64,000 nucleotides of DNA from positions 6,660 through 70,659 of the forward strand of contig JALSLR010000014.1 in NCBI GenBank assembly GCA_026988245.1, given 5' to 3'. Below, one piece after another: positions 56,397-64,000 of the stretch. The position numbers and the translations under genes were made by a program. The notes beneath the pieces are model-generated. The model was not told the origin of the DNA. It did not search any database and was given only the letters and a program-made list of their open reading frames with translations. Every line of letters starts with the position of its first letter. Position 1 is the first letter of the stretch. Source of the DNA: Sulfurimonas sp. (lineage in GTDB: Bacteria > Campylobacterota > Campylobacteria > Campylobacterales > Sulfurimonadaceae).

Positions 56397-56849
56397 ATGG
56401 ACTTAACGATTACAGACGGTATACTTGGAGTAAGGCCACCAGTTACAAAACCTCACCCAGGTTTTTTACATGAGGTGGGTGAGGAGCGCTTTAAAAAAAT
56501 GGTCTTTGATCATTATGACTTGATTAAAGAGAGTAGTATAGCTTTTTTGTTTCCTGTTTTTGATGATGAAGAGTTTGCAGATGCAGCTGATAATGCTTTT
56601 AGTTTTCTCATCCAAATATGTGGAGGTCCTCGTTATTTTGAAGAAAAAAGAGGGAAACCTCAGATGGTTGGGCGTCATGCACCTTTTCGCATAGATGAAG
56701 CTGCACGAAGAAAATGGTTAGAACTGTATAAGCAACTTTTAGAACCTCTTATTGATGAGGGTATTACAGAAGAATATATACAGTCTTTTTGGGATTATCT
56801 TGATATTTTTTCTATCTGGATGATAAATACACCAACTAAAGAGACTTAA
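56397..56849 (+). CDS. Truncated (2/2) hemoglobin, group II-like
   Basis: 'FDHY', 'LFP', 'QICGGP.YF', 'RGKP.MVGRHAPFRI', 'RRKWL'. Confidence 0.82.
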   Translation: MDLTITDGILGVRPPVTKPHPGFLHEVGEERFKKMVFDHYDLIKESSIAFLFPVFDDEEFADAADNAFSFLIQICGGPRYFEEKRGKPQMVGRHAPFRIDEAARRKWLELYKQLLEPLIDEGITEEYIQSFWDYLDIFSIWMINTPTKET

Positions 56850-56857
56850 GGGCAGCT

Positions 56858-57634
56858 CTAAAATGGAGGCTCCATCACCTCTGGAGCAAACATACTTTGA
56901 GCGTTGATGCTTAATAAAAATATACCTAAAAGTATAATGAAAATAGCACCAAATATTTCTAGTAGATACCCCTTTGTTTTTAAGAAATTTCCACCCTTTG
57001 ATGATGCATAACTAGTTAAGATTCCAGCTAGTGAGATAGTAAAGCCCATGCCTATACTCATTGCGATAGCTGCTAAAACTCCAAGATACAAATTACCAGA
57101 ACTTATACAAAATAATACAATAGTCATAACTCCAGGGCAGGGGACTATTCCAGCAGAAAAAGCTACTGCGTACTCTGACTTTTCTTTTGAAAAATTTGTT
57201 TGTTCTTTTTCTTTTTTTGCTTTTATCGCTTGTATAAATAAGTAAATGCCAACTAGTATAATCATTATGGCTGAAATAATCATTGAGATATTGCTTAGTT
57301 CTTTAAATGTTTTAGAGAAAAACCCATGTAAAATAAAGTAAACAACAAATGTAATACTTAAAGCTGAGAATGCGTGTACAACGGAAATAAGGTATCCCAT
57401 TTTTATAGCTTTTTTATAGCTACCACCACGAGATAAAAAATAAAAGGAAACCAATGCTTTTCCATGACCTGGACCGGCTGCATGAACTAAACCGTATATA
57501 AATGAAATAACCAGCACGACAATAGCAGCGCTTAAACCATTTTCATTTACAGATTTTATATAGGAAGATATTGTGCTGTTGAGGGTATATTGCCAATTTA
57601 CAAGTTGTTCAAAAAACTCATTATATAGGTTCAT
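56858..57634 (-). CDS. Nickel/cobalt (NiCoT/RcnA/ZevB-like) transporter
   Basis: 'YGLVHAAGPGHGK', 'GIVPCPG'. No His-rich loop. Confidence 0.85.
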   Translation of the reverse strand: MNLYNEFFEQLVNWQYTLNSTISSYIKSVNENGLSAAIVVLVISFIYGLVHAAGPGHGKALVSFYFLSRGGSYKKAIKMGYLISVVHAFSALSITFVVYFILHGFFSKTFKELSNISMIISAIMIILVGIYLFIQAIKAKKEKEQTNFSKEKSEYAVAFSAGIVPCPGVMTIVLFCISSGNLYLGVLAAIAMSIGMGFTISLAGILTSYASSKGGNFLKTKGYLLEIFGAIFIILLGIFLLSINAQSMFAPEVMEPPF

Positions 57635-58179
57635 TTAATATCCTTGATTTGCATTGCATATCCGAAGTACCTTGAGTTGTCAACTTTTCTAATAGTAAAA
57701 TCTAAGTTTTTATTTAAAGGTTTTATTGATGATTTTTTTAGCATATATGCGATGTAGTTGTTTTTATAGTAAAACATTAGGATACTCTCTTTTACTTTAA
57801 AGTTACAGATAAGATCAAACACATATACTAATCTTCCATTTTTATCTATGCTAACTACAAAGTTATCTATTTTTTCTATCTTTATATTTTCATCTTTTCT
57901 TTGTATTTTTAAGTAATAGTTGTTTTTTTTCAATGATTTTATAGCGCTCTTTTTTACTCGAGCAAGCTCTTTTTTATTTAACAGATGGTTTTTATCTCTA
58001 TCATATTTTGATACAAGCATAGATGAAGTCATTTGGTCAAATTTCCATTGTAAACTAAGGGAGGTAGCTTTATCATTTTGAATATTAATTGTAGGATAGA
58101 TATCGATAAAAATATGAGGATGTGCAATCAGAGCAACACTGCTAAGTAAAAAAGTTATAAATAATCGCAATATAAACAT
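57631..58179 (-). CDS. DUF1007 family periplasmic metal-binding protein (ZevA-like)
   Basis: Signal peptide followed by mature N-terminal 'HPHIFID', 'WKFDQMTS'. Paired with the transporter. Confidence 0.85.
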   Translation of the reverse strand: MFILRLFITFLLSSVALIAHPHIFIDIYPTINIQNDKATSLSLQWKFDQMTSSMLVSKYDRDKNHLLNKKELARVKKSAIKSLKKNNYYLKIQRKDENIKIEKIDNFVVSIDKNGRLVYVFDLICNFKVKESILMFYYKNNYIAYMLKKSSIKPLNKNLDFTIRKVDNSRYFGYAMQIKDIK

Positions 58180-58253
58180 CGTTTCATCCCCCTTGTGAGT
58201 TAGATAATTTTTTCGTGTAAGTATATCTAATAATAGTGACTATATAGTACAAC

Positions 58254-58295
58254 ATATCAAGATATATTGATATAAACTAGAAATTCTGCTACAAT
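58254..58295 (+). promoter_or_regulatory. ars promoter with ArsR-type operator
   Basis: Perfect inverted repeat ATATCAA-N6-TTGATAT (58254-58273) overlapping -35 TTGATA. Then 17 bp, TGc-TACAAT (58290-58295), 6 nt, ATG. Confidence 0.8.
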
Positions 58296-58301
58296 TCTTC
58301 C

Positions 58302-58610
58302 ATGGATATATTTTTAAAAACTATAAGTAGTGTTAATGATGAAACGCGAGTAAAGATACTTAGCTTTATATATATAAACAAAGAGGTATGCGTATGTGAT
58401 GTCGAAAACTCTTTTGATATGATTCAATCAAGAGTTTCAAGACATCTCAAGATATTAAAAGAAGCTGGATTCTTGAAGGTACAAAGGAGGGGAAAGTGGG
58501 CTTACTATAGTGTCCGAGTCCCCCTAGACATATTTCGTCAAAATGTTTTAAAAGAGATTAATGCTTTAGAGTTAGAGTTACCAAAGTTTAATAGTGGATG
58601 TAAAATATGA
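58302..58610 (+). CDS. arsR: ArsR/SmtB family repressor
   Basis: 'TRVKIL', 'VCVCDV', 'QSRVSRHLKIL', 'GKWAYY'. Confidence 0.92.
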   Translation: MDIFLKTISSVNDETRVKILSFIYINKEVCVCDVENSFDMIQSRVSRHLKILKEAGFLKVQRRGKWAYYSVRVPLDIFRQNVLKEINALELELPKFNSGCKI

Positions 58611-59011
58611 ATAATAAAAAAGTTTTAGTGATGTGTACTGGAAACAGTTGCCGTAGCATCATAGGTGAAGCATTGATAAATGCAGAATTAAAGGGTGTGA
58701 ATGCCTATAGCTGTGGAGTAGCACCAAGTGGCAAGGTTAATCCAAATGCTAAAAAAATACTCCAAGAAAAAGGTATTTGGGATGATAGCTACAGTTCTAA
58801 ACATTTAGATGCGCTCTCTCACATAGATTTTGACTTAGTGGTTACAGTATGTGATAATGCTCATGAGACTTGTCCGATGTTTCCTGGAAAAACAAAGACT
58901 ATCCATGTTGGTTTTGAAGATCCCGATGGAAAAGAGTTCGAGGCATTTGTAGAGACTTATAAAGAGATCAAAGCAGTTCTATTAAGAGAGGTCTCAAATG
59001 CTCTTAGCTAG
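58607..59011 (+). CDS. arsC: Thioredoxin-dependent arsenate reductase (LMW-PTP fold)
   Basis: 'CTGNSCRS', 'VTVCDNAHETCP', 'FEDP'. Confidence 0.92.
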   Translation: MNNKKVLVMCTGNSCRSIIGEALINAELKGVNAYSCGVAPSGKVNPNAKKILQEKGIWDDSYSSKHLDALSHIDFDLVVTVCDNAHETCPMFPGKTKTIHVGFEDPDGKEFEAFVETYKEIKAVLLREVSNALS

Positions 59012-60251
59012 TAGTATCTTTCTCATCACTTTAATTTTTGTCATATGGCAACCTCGCGGACTTCAAATAGGAACAACCGCCATCATAGGCGCTGTAGTTG
59101 CTTATGTGCTTGGTGCAGTGCATTATGAAGACTTGTTTGTAGTTTGGGGTATCGTATGGGATGCTACCTTTGCTTTTATCGGGATTATCATTCTTTCTTT
59201 AGTCTTAGATGCTATTGGATTTTTTGAGTGGGCTGCTTTAAAGATGGCGAAGTTTTCTAAAGGGGATGGGGTAAAGATGTTTATCTACTCCATACTTTTA
59301 GGTTCATTGGTTTCTGCCTTGTTTGCAAATGATGGAGCTGCTTTGATATTGACCCCTATTTTACTTGCTAAAATGCGTATATTAAAGTTAAATGCTAAGA
59401 CGATTTTAGCATTTTTACTTGCAGGTGGTTTTATCAGCGATAGTGCATCTTTACCTTTTGTCTTTTCAAATTTGACAAATATAGTCACGGCGAACTACTT
59501 TAGCATAGGTTTCGCAGAGTACTTTGCAAATATGATGGTTCCATTTATTGTGAGTGTTATCATAACTATAGTAGTGCTCCTTTTGGTTTTAAGAAAAGAT
59601 ATACCAAAAACTGTAGATATAGACTTACTTAAAGATGCAGATTCGGTACTTAAAAACAAAACACTCTTTTATTTTTCATGGGTGTTTTTAGGTCTCCTTT
59701 TAGCTGGTTATTTTATAGGAGATGCGTACGACATCCCAATATCAGTCTTTGCTCTTGGTGGCGGGCTTCTCTTTTTAGCAATAGCCTCTATGATGAAAAC
59801 AGTAGAGCCCCTTAGCATCATAAAAAATGCTCCTTGGCAGGTTGTATGGTTCTCTCTTGGTTTATACATAGTGGTCTATGGTTTAAAAAATGCAGGTTTA
59901 ACGGACTACATCGCCACGATACTACACTCTCTTGAGGCTCAAGGGAGTCTAGTTGCGGTTGTAGGGACTGGGTTTCTCTCCGCTGTTCTTTCAGCCTTTA
60001 TGAACAATATGCCAACTATCATGGTGATGGACATCGCTCTTGAAGATATAGGTAATCAAGCGATGATATATGCAAATATAGTCGGCTGTAATCTTGGTCC
60101 AAAAATGACACCTTTTGGTAGTCTAGCAACCTTGTTATGGTTGCATACGCTGAGTCAAAATGGTGTAAAAATAGGCTTTTGGCAATACTCTAAATTTGGT
60201 CTCATTGTCACTCCACCTGTACTCTTAGTGGTACTTTTAACCTTAGTATAA
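58998..60251 (+). CDS. arsB: Arsenite efflux permease ArsB
   Basis: 'IWQPRGL', 'WDATFAF', 'FANDGAALILTP', 'NLGPKMTPFGSLATLLW'. Confidence 0.95.
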   Translation: MLLASSIFLITLIFVIWQPRGLQIGTTAIIGAVVAYVLGAVHYEDLFVVWGIVWDATFAFIGIIILSLVLDAIGFFEWAALKMAKFSKGDGVKMFIYSILLGSLVSALFANDGAALILTPILLAKMRILKLNAKTILAFLLAGGFISDSASLPFVFSNLTNIVTANYFSIGFAEYFANMMVPFIVSVIITIVVLLLVLRKDIPKTVDIDLLKDADSVLKNKTLFYFSWVFLGLLLAGYFIGDAYDIPISVFALGGGLLFLAIASMMKTVEPLSIIKNAPWQVVWFSLGLYIVVYGLKNAGLTDYIATILHSLEAQGSLVAVVGTGFLSAVLSAFMNNMPTIMVMDIALEDIGNQAMIYANIVGCNLGPKMTPFGSLATLLWLHTLSQNGVKIGFWQYSKFGLIVTPPVLLVVLLTLV

Positions 60252-60259
60252 GGATTCAA

Positions 60260-60325
60260 ATGTTTAGTTTTACAGCAAGTCCAACCATATGCTACTGTAT
60301 AGATGTAGATGAAAAAACTTCTTAA
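60260..60325 (+). pseudogene. Truncated remnant resembling the start of a BFD-like (2Fe-2S) protein
   Basis: AAGGA RBS, then MFSFTASPTICYCIDVDEKTS*. 'ICYC.DV.E' resembles the BFD 'VCxCxxV' motif. Confidence 0.5.
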
Positions 60326-60380
60326 CGATACTCTAACATAAATATGTCATACTTTATGTATACAAAGTAAGGTTAAATAG

Positions 60381-61118
60381 ATGAACGAATTTTTTAAATA
60401 TGGTGAAAAAGTAGATGGATATAATGTTAGAGTTATCAATGAGCGTGAAGCAAGAGCAGCTGCTGGGATACTTTTTGCAATAGGTATTTTAAGCTTAACA
60501 AATGCTGCGATGCTAGGACATATTATAGTGACGAAATTTTTCATATCTTTTTTTACACTAGACTTTATGATGCGTGTTATTAGCCCTAGTTATTCCCCTA
60601 GTATGCTTGTAGGTCGTGTTTTTGTTCAGAACCAAACGCCTGAGTATGTGGGCGCTGCGCAAAAAAGATTTGCTTGGGGTTTAGGTCTCATTTTGGCTGT
60701 GCCTATGTTTTATCTCTTAGTGATTAACCCTCAACCTAACCCTATAAAAGTGTTGATTTGTATTATCTGTTTAATTTTACTTATTATGGAATCTGCTTTT
60801 TCTATCTGCCTAGGTTGTAAGATATACAACCTTGTGATGAGTTCTCGTGCTACGCACTGCCCTGGTGGTGTTTGTGAAATTACGAAAAAAGATAAAATTC
60901 AAACTTTTAACTTTGCTCAAAAAACCATAGTAGTTATAGTCACTTTAGTCTTTTCTTTTGGAGTGTATAGTTACTTTACGAAGGTTGAGAGTAAGACATT
61001 TTTGTCTAAAAAACTTAAGACTATGATGCTAAGCGAAGAGGAAAAACAAGCGATAAAAGATGCAAAGTTTGAGGCTCAAGCCGCTGAATTTTTTGCAGAT
61101 GATGAGGATGAAGATTAA
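60381..61118 (+). CDS. DUF4395 family membrane protein with C-terminal extension
   Basis: 'INEREARAAAG', 'QKRFAWGLG', 'ESAFSICLGC'. Confidence 0.82.
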   Translation: MNEFFKYGEKVDGYNVRVINEREARAAAGILFAIGILSLTNAAMLGHIIVTKFFISFFTLDFMMRVISPSYSPSMLVGRVFVQNQTPEYVGAAQKRFAWGLGLILAVPMFYLLVINPQPNPIKVLICIICLILLIMESAFSICLGCKIYNLVMSSRATHCPGGVCEITKKDKIQTFNFAQKTIVVIVTLVFSFGVYSYFTKVESKTFLSKKLKTMMLSEEEKQAIKDAKFEAQAAEFFADDEDED

Positions 61119-61120
61119 GC

Positions 61121-61256
61121 CTAAGCAGTTTTTTTAAGAAACCTTGATAACTCAGACTCTAACTCTTTGTTGTCTATAGGCTTGCCTACAAAGCCATCCA
61201 TTCCAGCTTCTATAAACATCTCTTTGTAATAGCTTTTGTAAGATATTCATTTTCAT
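61121..61256 (-). pseudogene. Remnant of a receiver (REC) domain C-terminus of a hybrid kinase/regulator
   Basis: Reads KEMFIEAGMDGFVGKPIDNKELESELSRFLKKTA*, with no in-frame start upstream (TGA about 8 codons before). Confidence 0.75.
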
Positions 61257-61301
61257 AGATACAATCCTTTGAGTTTAATTGTAGCTAAAAAAACATTGAA
61301 A

Positions 61302-62081
61302 TCAAAAATCTATCAAAGTTCTTTTTCTGTTTTTATAAATAGCACATTTACTATAGCCTGCATCTCTTGCTAGTTGAACTATCTCTTCATTAAAAAGTCC
61401 AACTTGTTCAGGTTTATGCGCATCTGAGCTAAAAGTTATAGGGATGCCTAAGTCATAAGCTAAGCTTAAAAGTGATGCAGATGGATAAGCTTCTTTTACA
61501 GGTTTTCTGTATCCTGCAACATTTAATTCTATCGTCATATCTGCTTTTTTTATAGCTATTAGTGCATTTTTAGCGATCTTATTTATATCTTTTTTAGGCA
61601 TAAATTTAAAGACTTTTATGAGGTCTAAATGTCCCACAATATCAAATAAATTACTCTTTGCCATCTCCTCAATGGTATCAAAATATTTTTGCCAAATTAC
61701 GTCAATATCTTCATGTTCATAATGCCCTATAAACTCAGGATTATCAAACCCCCACTCATCTATAAAATGAACACTTCCGATGAGGTAATCTACCTTAGCA
61801 TCAAGGACTCTTTTGTCCATATGCCCTTTGAGGTAATCAACTTCATAGGCAAGTAAGATGTCTATTTTATCTTTGTATTTAAGCTTAGCATCATGGATAT
61901 CTTGTTCATACTTTTGCATATCTGAAAATTTCATACGATACTTGGTGTCAAAATCCATTGGAGCATGGTCAGAAAAACCAAAATATTTAGTTCCACGATC
62001 AATAGCTTCTTCTATGTACTCATCTATAGTACCCTCAGCATGATTGCAAAGAGTGGTATGGTTGTGTAAATCAACTAACAT
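61302..62081 (-). CDS. PHP-family histidinol-phosphatase
   Basis: 'DLHNHT', 'FSDHAP', 'IGSVH', 'GHLD', 'FSSDAH'. Start moved to ATG 62081. Confidence 0.9.
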   Translation of the reverse strand: MLVDLHNHTTLCNHAEGTIDEYIEEAIDRGTKYFGFSDHAPMDFDTKYRMKFSDMQKYEQDIHDAKLKYKDKIDILLAYEVDYLKGHMDKRVLDAKVDYLIGSVHFIDEWGFDNPEFIGHYEHEDIDVIWQKYFDTIEEMAKSNLFDIVGHLDLIKVFKFMPKKDINKIAKNALIAIKKADMTIELNVAGYRKPVKEAYPSASLLSLAYDLGIPITFSSDAHKPEQVGLFNEEIVQLARDAGYSKCAIYKNRKRTLIDF

Positions 62082-62165
62082 AATTAGGTCCCTATTGAAA
62101 ATCTTTAATCTTTTTATGCTATTATAATGACAATAGATAAATTTAACGAATTTAAGGGAAGTTGT

Positions 62166-62849
62166 ATGACGCAAGAAGAACTAGATGCAATGATGAATGG
62201 CGAGATTGACGATATAGATGGACTTGAGTTTGAGGAAGAACCATCAAATGAACCATTAAAATCATCGGATGATGATGAAGATGTACCCCATGGCTATAAT
62301 GACGATACATCTCATCATTGGCCCCTTCCTGCAACTGATGAAAACAAAATGGTACATCAACTTGATGATGTCACTAAAGAGAGTGAAGAAAAAGCAAGTG
62401 AGATATTTGACATTATAGAAGATATTTCAAATAACTTGATGGATAAGGAGGAGACACTAAGTTCAGTGGTTGAAGTTTTAAAGTCTAATGTAGAAATTTT
62501 TAAAACATTGAGCGTTAAATTTCCTGAAGTCAATACCTTTGTATCACAATTAGAAAAAAATGAACAAGCACTTGCTAGTACAAATGATGCTGTAGAAACT
62601 CTACAAACGAGTGGAGATTCTATCATGAGTGTTATGGATATCATGCAGTACCAAGATATTCACCGTCAAAAAATCGAACGTGTTATAAATGTAATGCGTG
62701 CACTTTCAAAGTATATGAGTACACTTTTTGAATCTTCTGTAAAAGATGAAGACCGTGTAAGTTCAGCGCAACATTTAGCTGGAGACACTCATAATGATTT
62801 AGCATCAACAGATGATATAGAAGCACTTCTTGCACAGTTTGGAAACTAG
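62166..62849 (+). CDS. cheZ: Chemotaxis phosphatase CheZ (Campylobacterota type)
   Basis: 'MTQEELDAMM', active-site 'QYQDIHRQKIERV', C-terminal 'DDIEALLAQF'. Confidence 0.8.
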   Translation: MTQEELDAMMNGEIDDIDGLEFEEEPSNEPLKSSDDDEDVPHGYNDDTSHHWPLPATDENKMVHQLDDVTKESEEKASEIFDIIEDISNNLMDKEETLSSVVEVLKSNVEIFKTLSVKFPEVNTFVSQLEKNEQALASTNDAVETLQTSGDSIMSVMDIMQYQDIHRQKIERVINVMRALSKYMSTLFESSVKDEDRVSSAQHLAGDTHNDLASTDDIEALLAQFGN

Positions 62850-64000
62850 TGGATAAAGTAGAGTTATTATCTCCTGCGGGGACGTTGGAAAAATTAAAAA
62901 TTGCCTTTGACTTTGGTGCTGATGCTGTGTATGGTGGTGTGAGTCATTTTTCTTTACGCATACGTTCTGGGAAAGAATTTTCCTTTGAAGAGTTTGAAGA
63001 GGGGATAGCTTATGCCCATGCTCGTGGGAAAAAAGTCTACACTACGATAAATGGTTTTCCATTTAATTCTCAATTAAATCTTCTTAAAAAACATATCCTT
63101 AAAATGGCATCATTAAAACCTGACGCTTTCATAGTTGCAACACCTGGTGTACTGAAACTTTGTCATGATTTAGCGCCAGAAATCCCACTTCACCTCTCAA
63201 CACAAGCAAATGTTATGAATGTGTTAGATGCGCAAGTTTATGCAGATATGGGTGCTACTCGTATCATAACTGCACGAGAAATAAGTCTTAAAGATTTAGT
63301 AGAAATTAAAAAAGAGTTACCTAACTTGGAGTTGGAAGTATTTGTTCATGGAAGTATGTGTTTTGCCTATAGTGGACGTTGTCTTATATCTACGCTTCAA
63401 AGTGGTCGAGTGCCTAACCGTGGAAGCTGTGCAAACGACTGTAGGTTTGAGTATGAGATGTACGCTGCAAACCCTGAGACTGGAACGCTTTTTCGTTTAG
63501 AAGAGGATGAAGGTGTCGGAACTTACATCATGAATGCAAAAGATTTGAACTTAGCATCGCACATGAAAGAGATACTAGACAGCGGAGTAGTTGACTCTGT
63601 AAAGATAGAGGGTCGTACTAAAACTGCTTATTATGCAGCGACAACAGCAAAAGCTTACAGAATGGCGATAGATGATTATTATGATGCTAGCTTTGATGAT
63701 GCTAAGTACCAGTATGAACTTCACTCTCTTCAAAACCGTGGATATACAGATGCTTACTTAGTTTCTCGACCTTTTGAGCGTAATGATACGCAGTCGCTTG
63801 ATTTTTCTATGCAACTAGGAACCCATCAAGTGAGTGGAGTTGTTACTGAGGATGGTACTCACTTTTTATGTAAGTATAAAACCCTGCCAAATGATGAACT
63901 AGAGATCATGGCACCTCTTGATGCTAAGATAGATTTGGTTGATAATGAAGTGGGCTCAACTTATGAGCGTGATGGAAAAGTTTTCATGAAGTTAAAACAA
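62849..64000 (+). CDS. Peptidase U32 family protein (TrhP/YegQ-like tRNA hydroxylase), truncated by the window edge
   Basis: GTG start overlapping the cheZ stop. Reads VDKVELLSPAGTLEKLKIAFDFGADAVYGG..., later 'HLSTQAN', 'HGSMCFAYSGRC', 'GSCANDCR', 'KIEGR'. Not in the ORF track because it has no stop in the window. Confidence 0.9.
   Translation, partial: MDKVELLSPAGTLEKLKIAFDFGADAVYGGVSHFSLRIRSGKEFSFEEFEEGIAYAHARGKKVYTTINGFPFNSQLNLLKKHILKMASLKPDAFIVATPGVLKLCHDLAPEIPLHLSTQANVMNVLDAQVYADMGATRIITAREISLKDLVEIKKELPNLELEVFVHGSMCFAYSGRCLISTLQSGRVPNRGSCANDCRFEYEMYAANPETGTLFRLEEDEGVGTYIMNAKDLNLASHMKEILDSGVVDSVKIEGRTKTAYYAATTAKAYRMAIDDYYDASFDDAKYQYELHSLQNRGYTDAYLVSRPFERNDTQSLDFSMQLGTHQVSGVVTEDGTHFLCKYKTLPNDELEIMAPLDAKIDLVDNEVGSTYERDGKVFMKLKQ

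Noticed and set aside
1374-62644. Numerous 60-165 aa antisense or nested ORFs in the track (e.g. 1374-1673, 5709-6158, 10333-10791, 11195-11680, 41972-42466, 48950-49324)
   Set aside because: They lie wholly within well-supported genes on the other strand or frame and show the Ser/Ile-rich composition typical of shadow ORFs.
1-64000. tRNA, rRNA, IS transposase, integrase, prophage or selenoprotein signals
   Set aside because: None recognised. Intergenic gaps are short and explained by promoters, terminators, REP-like elements or gene remnants.

Overview
AT-rich chromosomal window from a Campylobacterota bacterium; the gene content and protein style point to a Sulfurimonas-like sulfur oxidizer (inference). 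From left to right it holds: (1) a phosphate-starvation cluster with a TonB/TtpB(DUF3450) operon running off the left edge, a beta-helix-like lipoprotein, a small OM barrel, phoU-pstBAC, pstS and an OprO/P-type porin, tied together by Pho-box direct repeats at a fixed distance from the -10 box; (2) a minus-strand operon encoding a small membrane leader ORF ending in ILRPP, a beta-carbonic anhydrase, two different SulP transporters, an orphan biotin carboxylase and an unknown protein; (3) housekeeping genes (desaturase, ilvE, SPFH, hisIE, DUF2393 x2, radical SAM, purF, J-domain protein, DUF234, dinB, a two-component system, nfo, fadL-like, AAA ATPase); (4) a 15-gene complex I operon with the NuoX-type small subunit, a GltD/SfrB-like NAD(P)H flavoprotein and two tandem NuoG paralogs, followed by pflA; (5) dapB, a hemolysin III family gene, the trxA-hyp-trxB locus, a truncated globin, a DUF1007/NiCoT pair, arsRCB, DUF4395, a PHP phosphatase, cheZ and a U32 protein running off the right edge. 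Non-coding findings: two REP/REPIN-like palindromic elements, several apparently leaderless promoters, and three deletion scars (PAS/EAL, receiver domain, BFD-like). No rRNA, tRNA, CRISPR array, transposase or prophage was seen. All product calls come from motif recognition without database searches.
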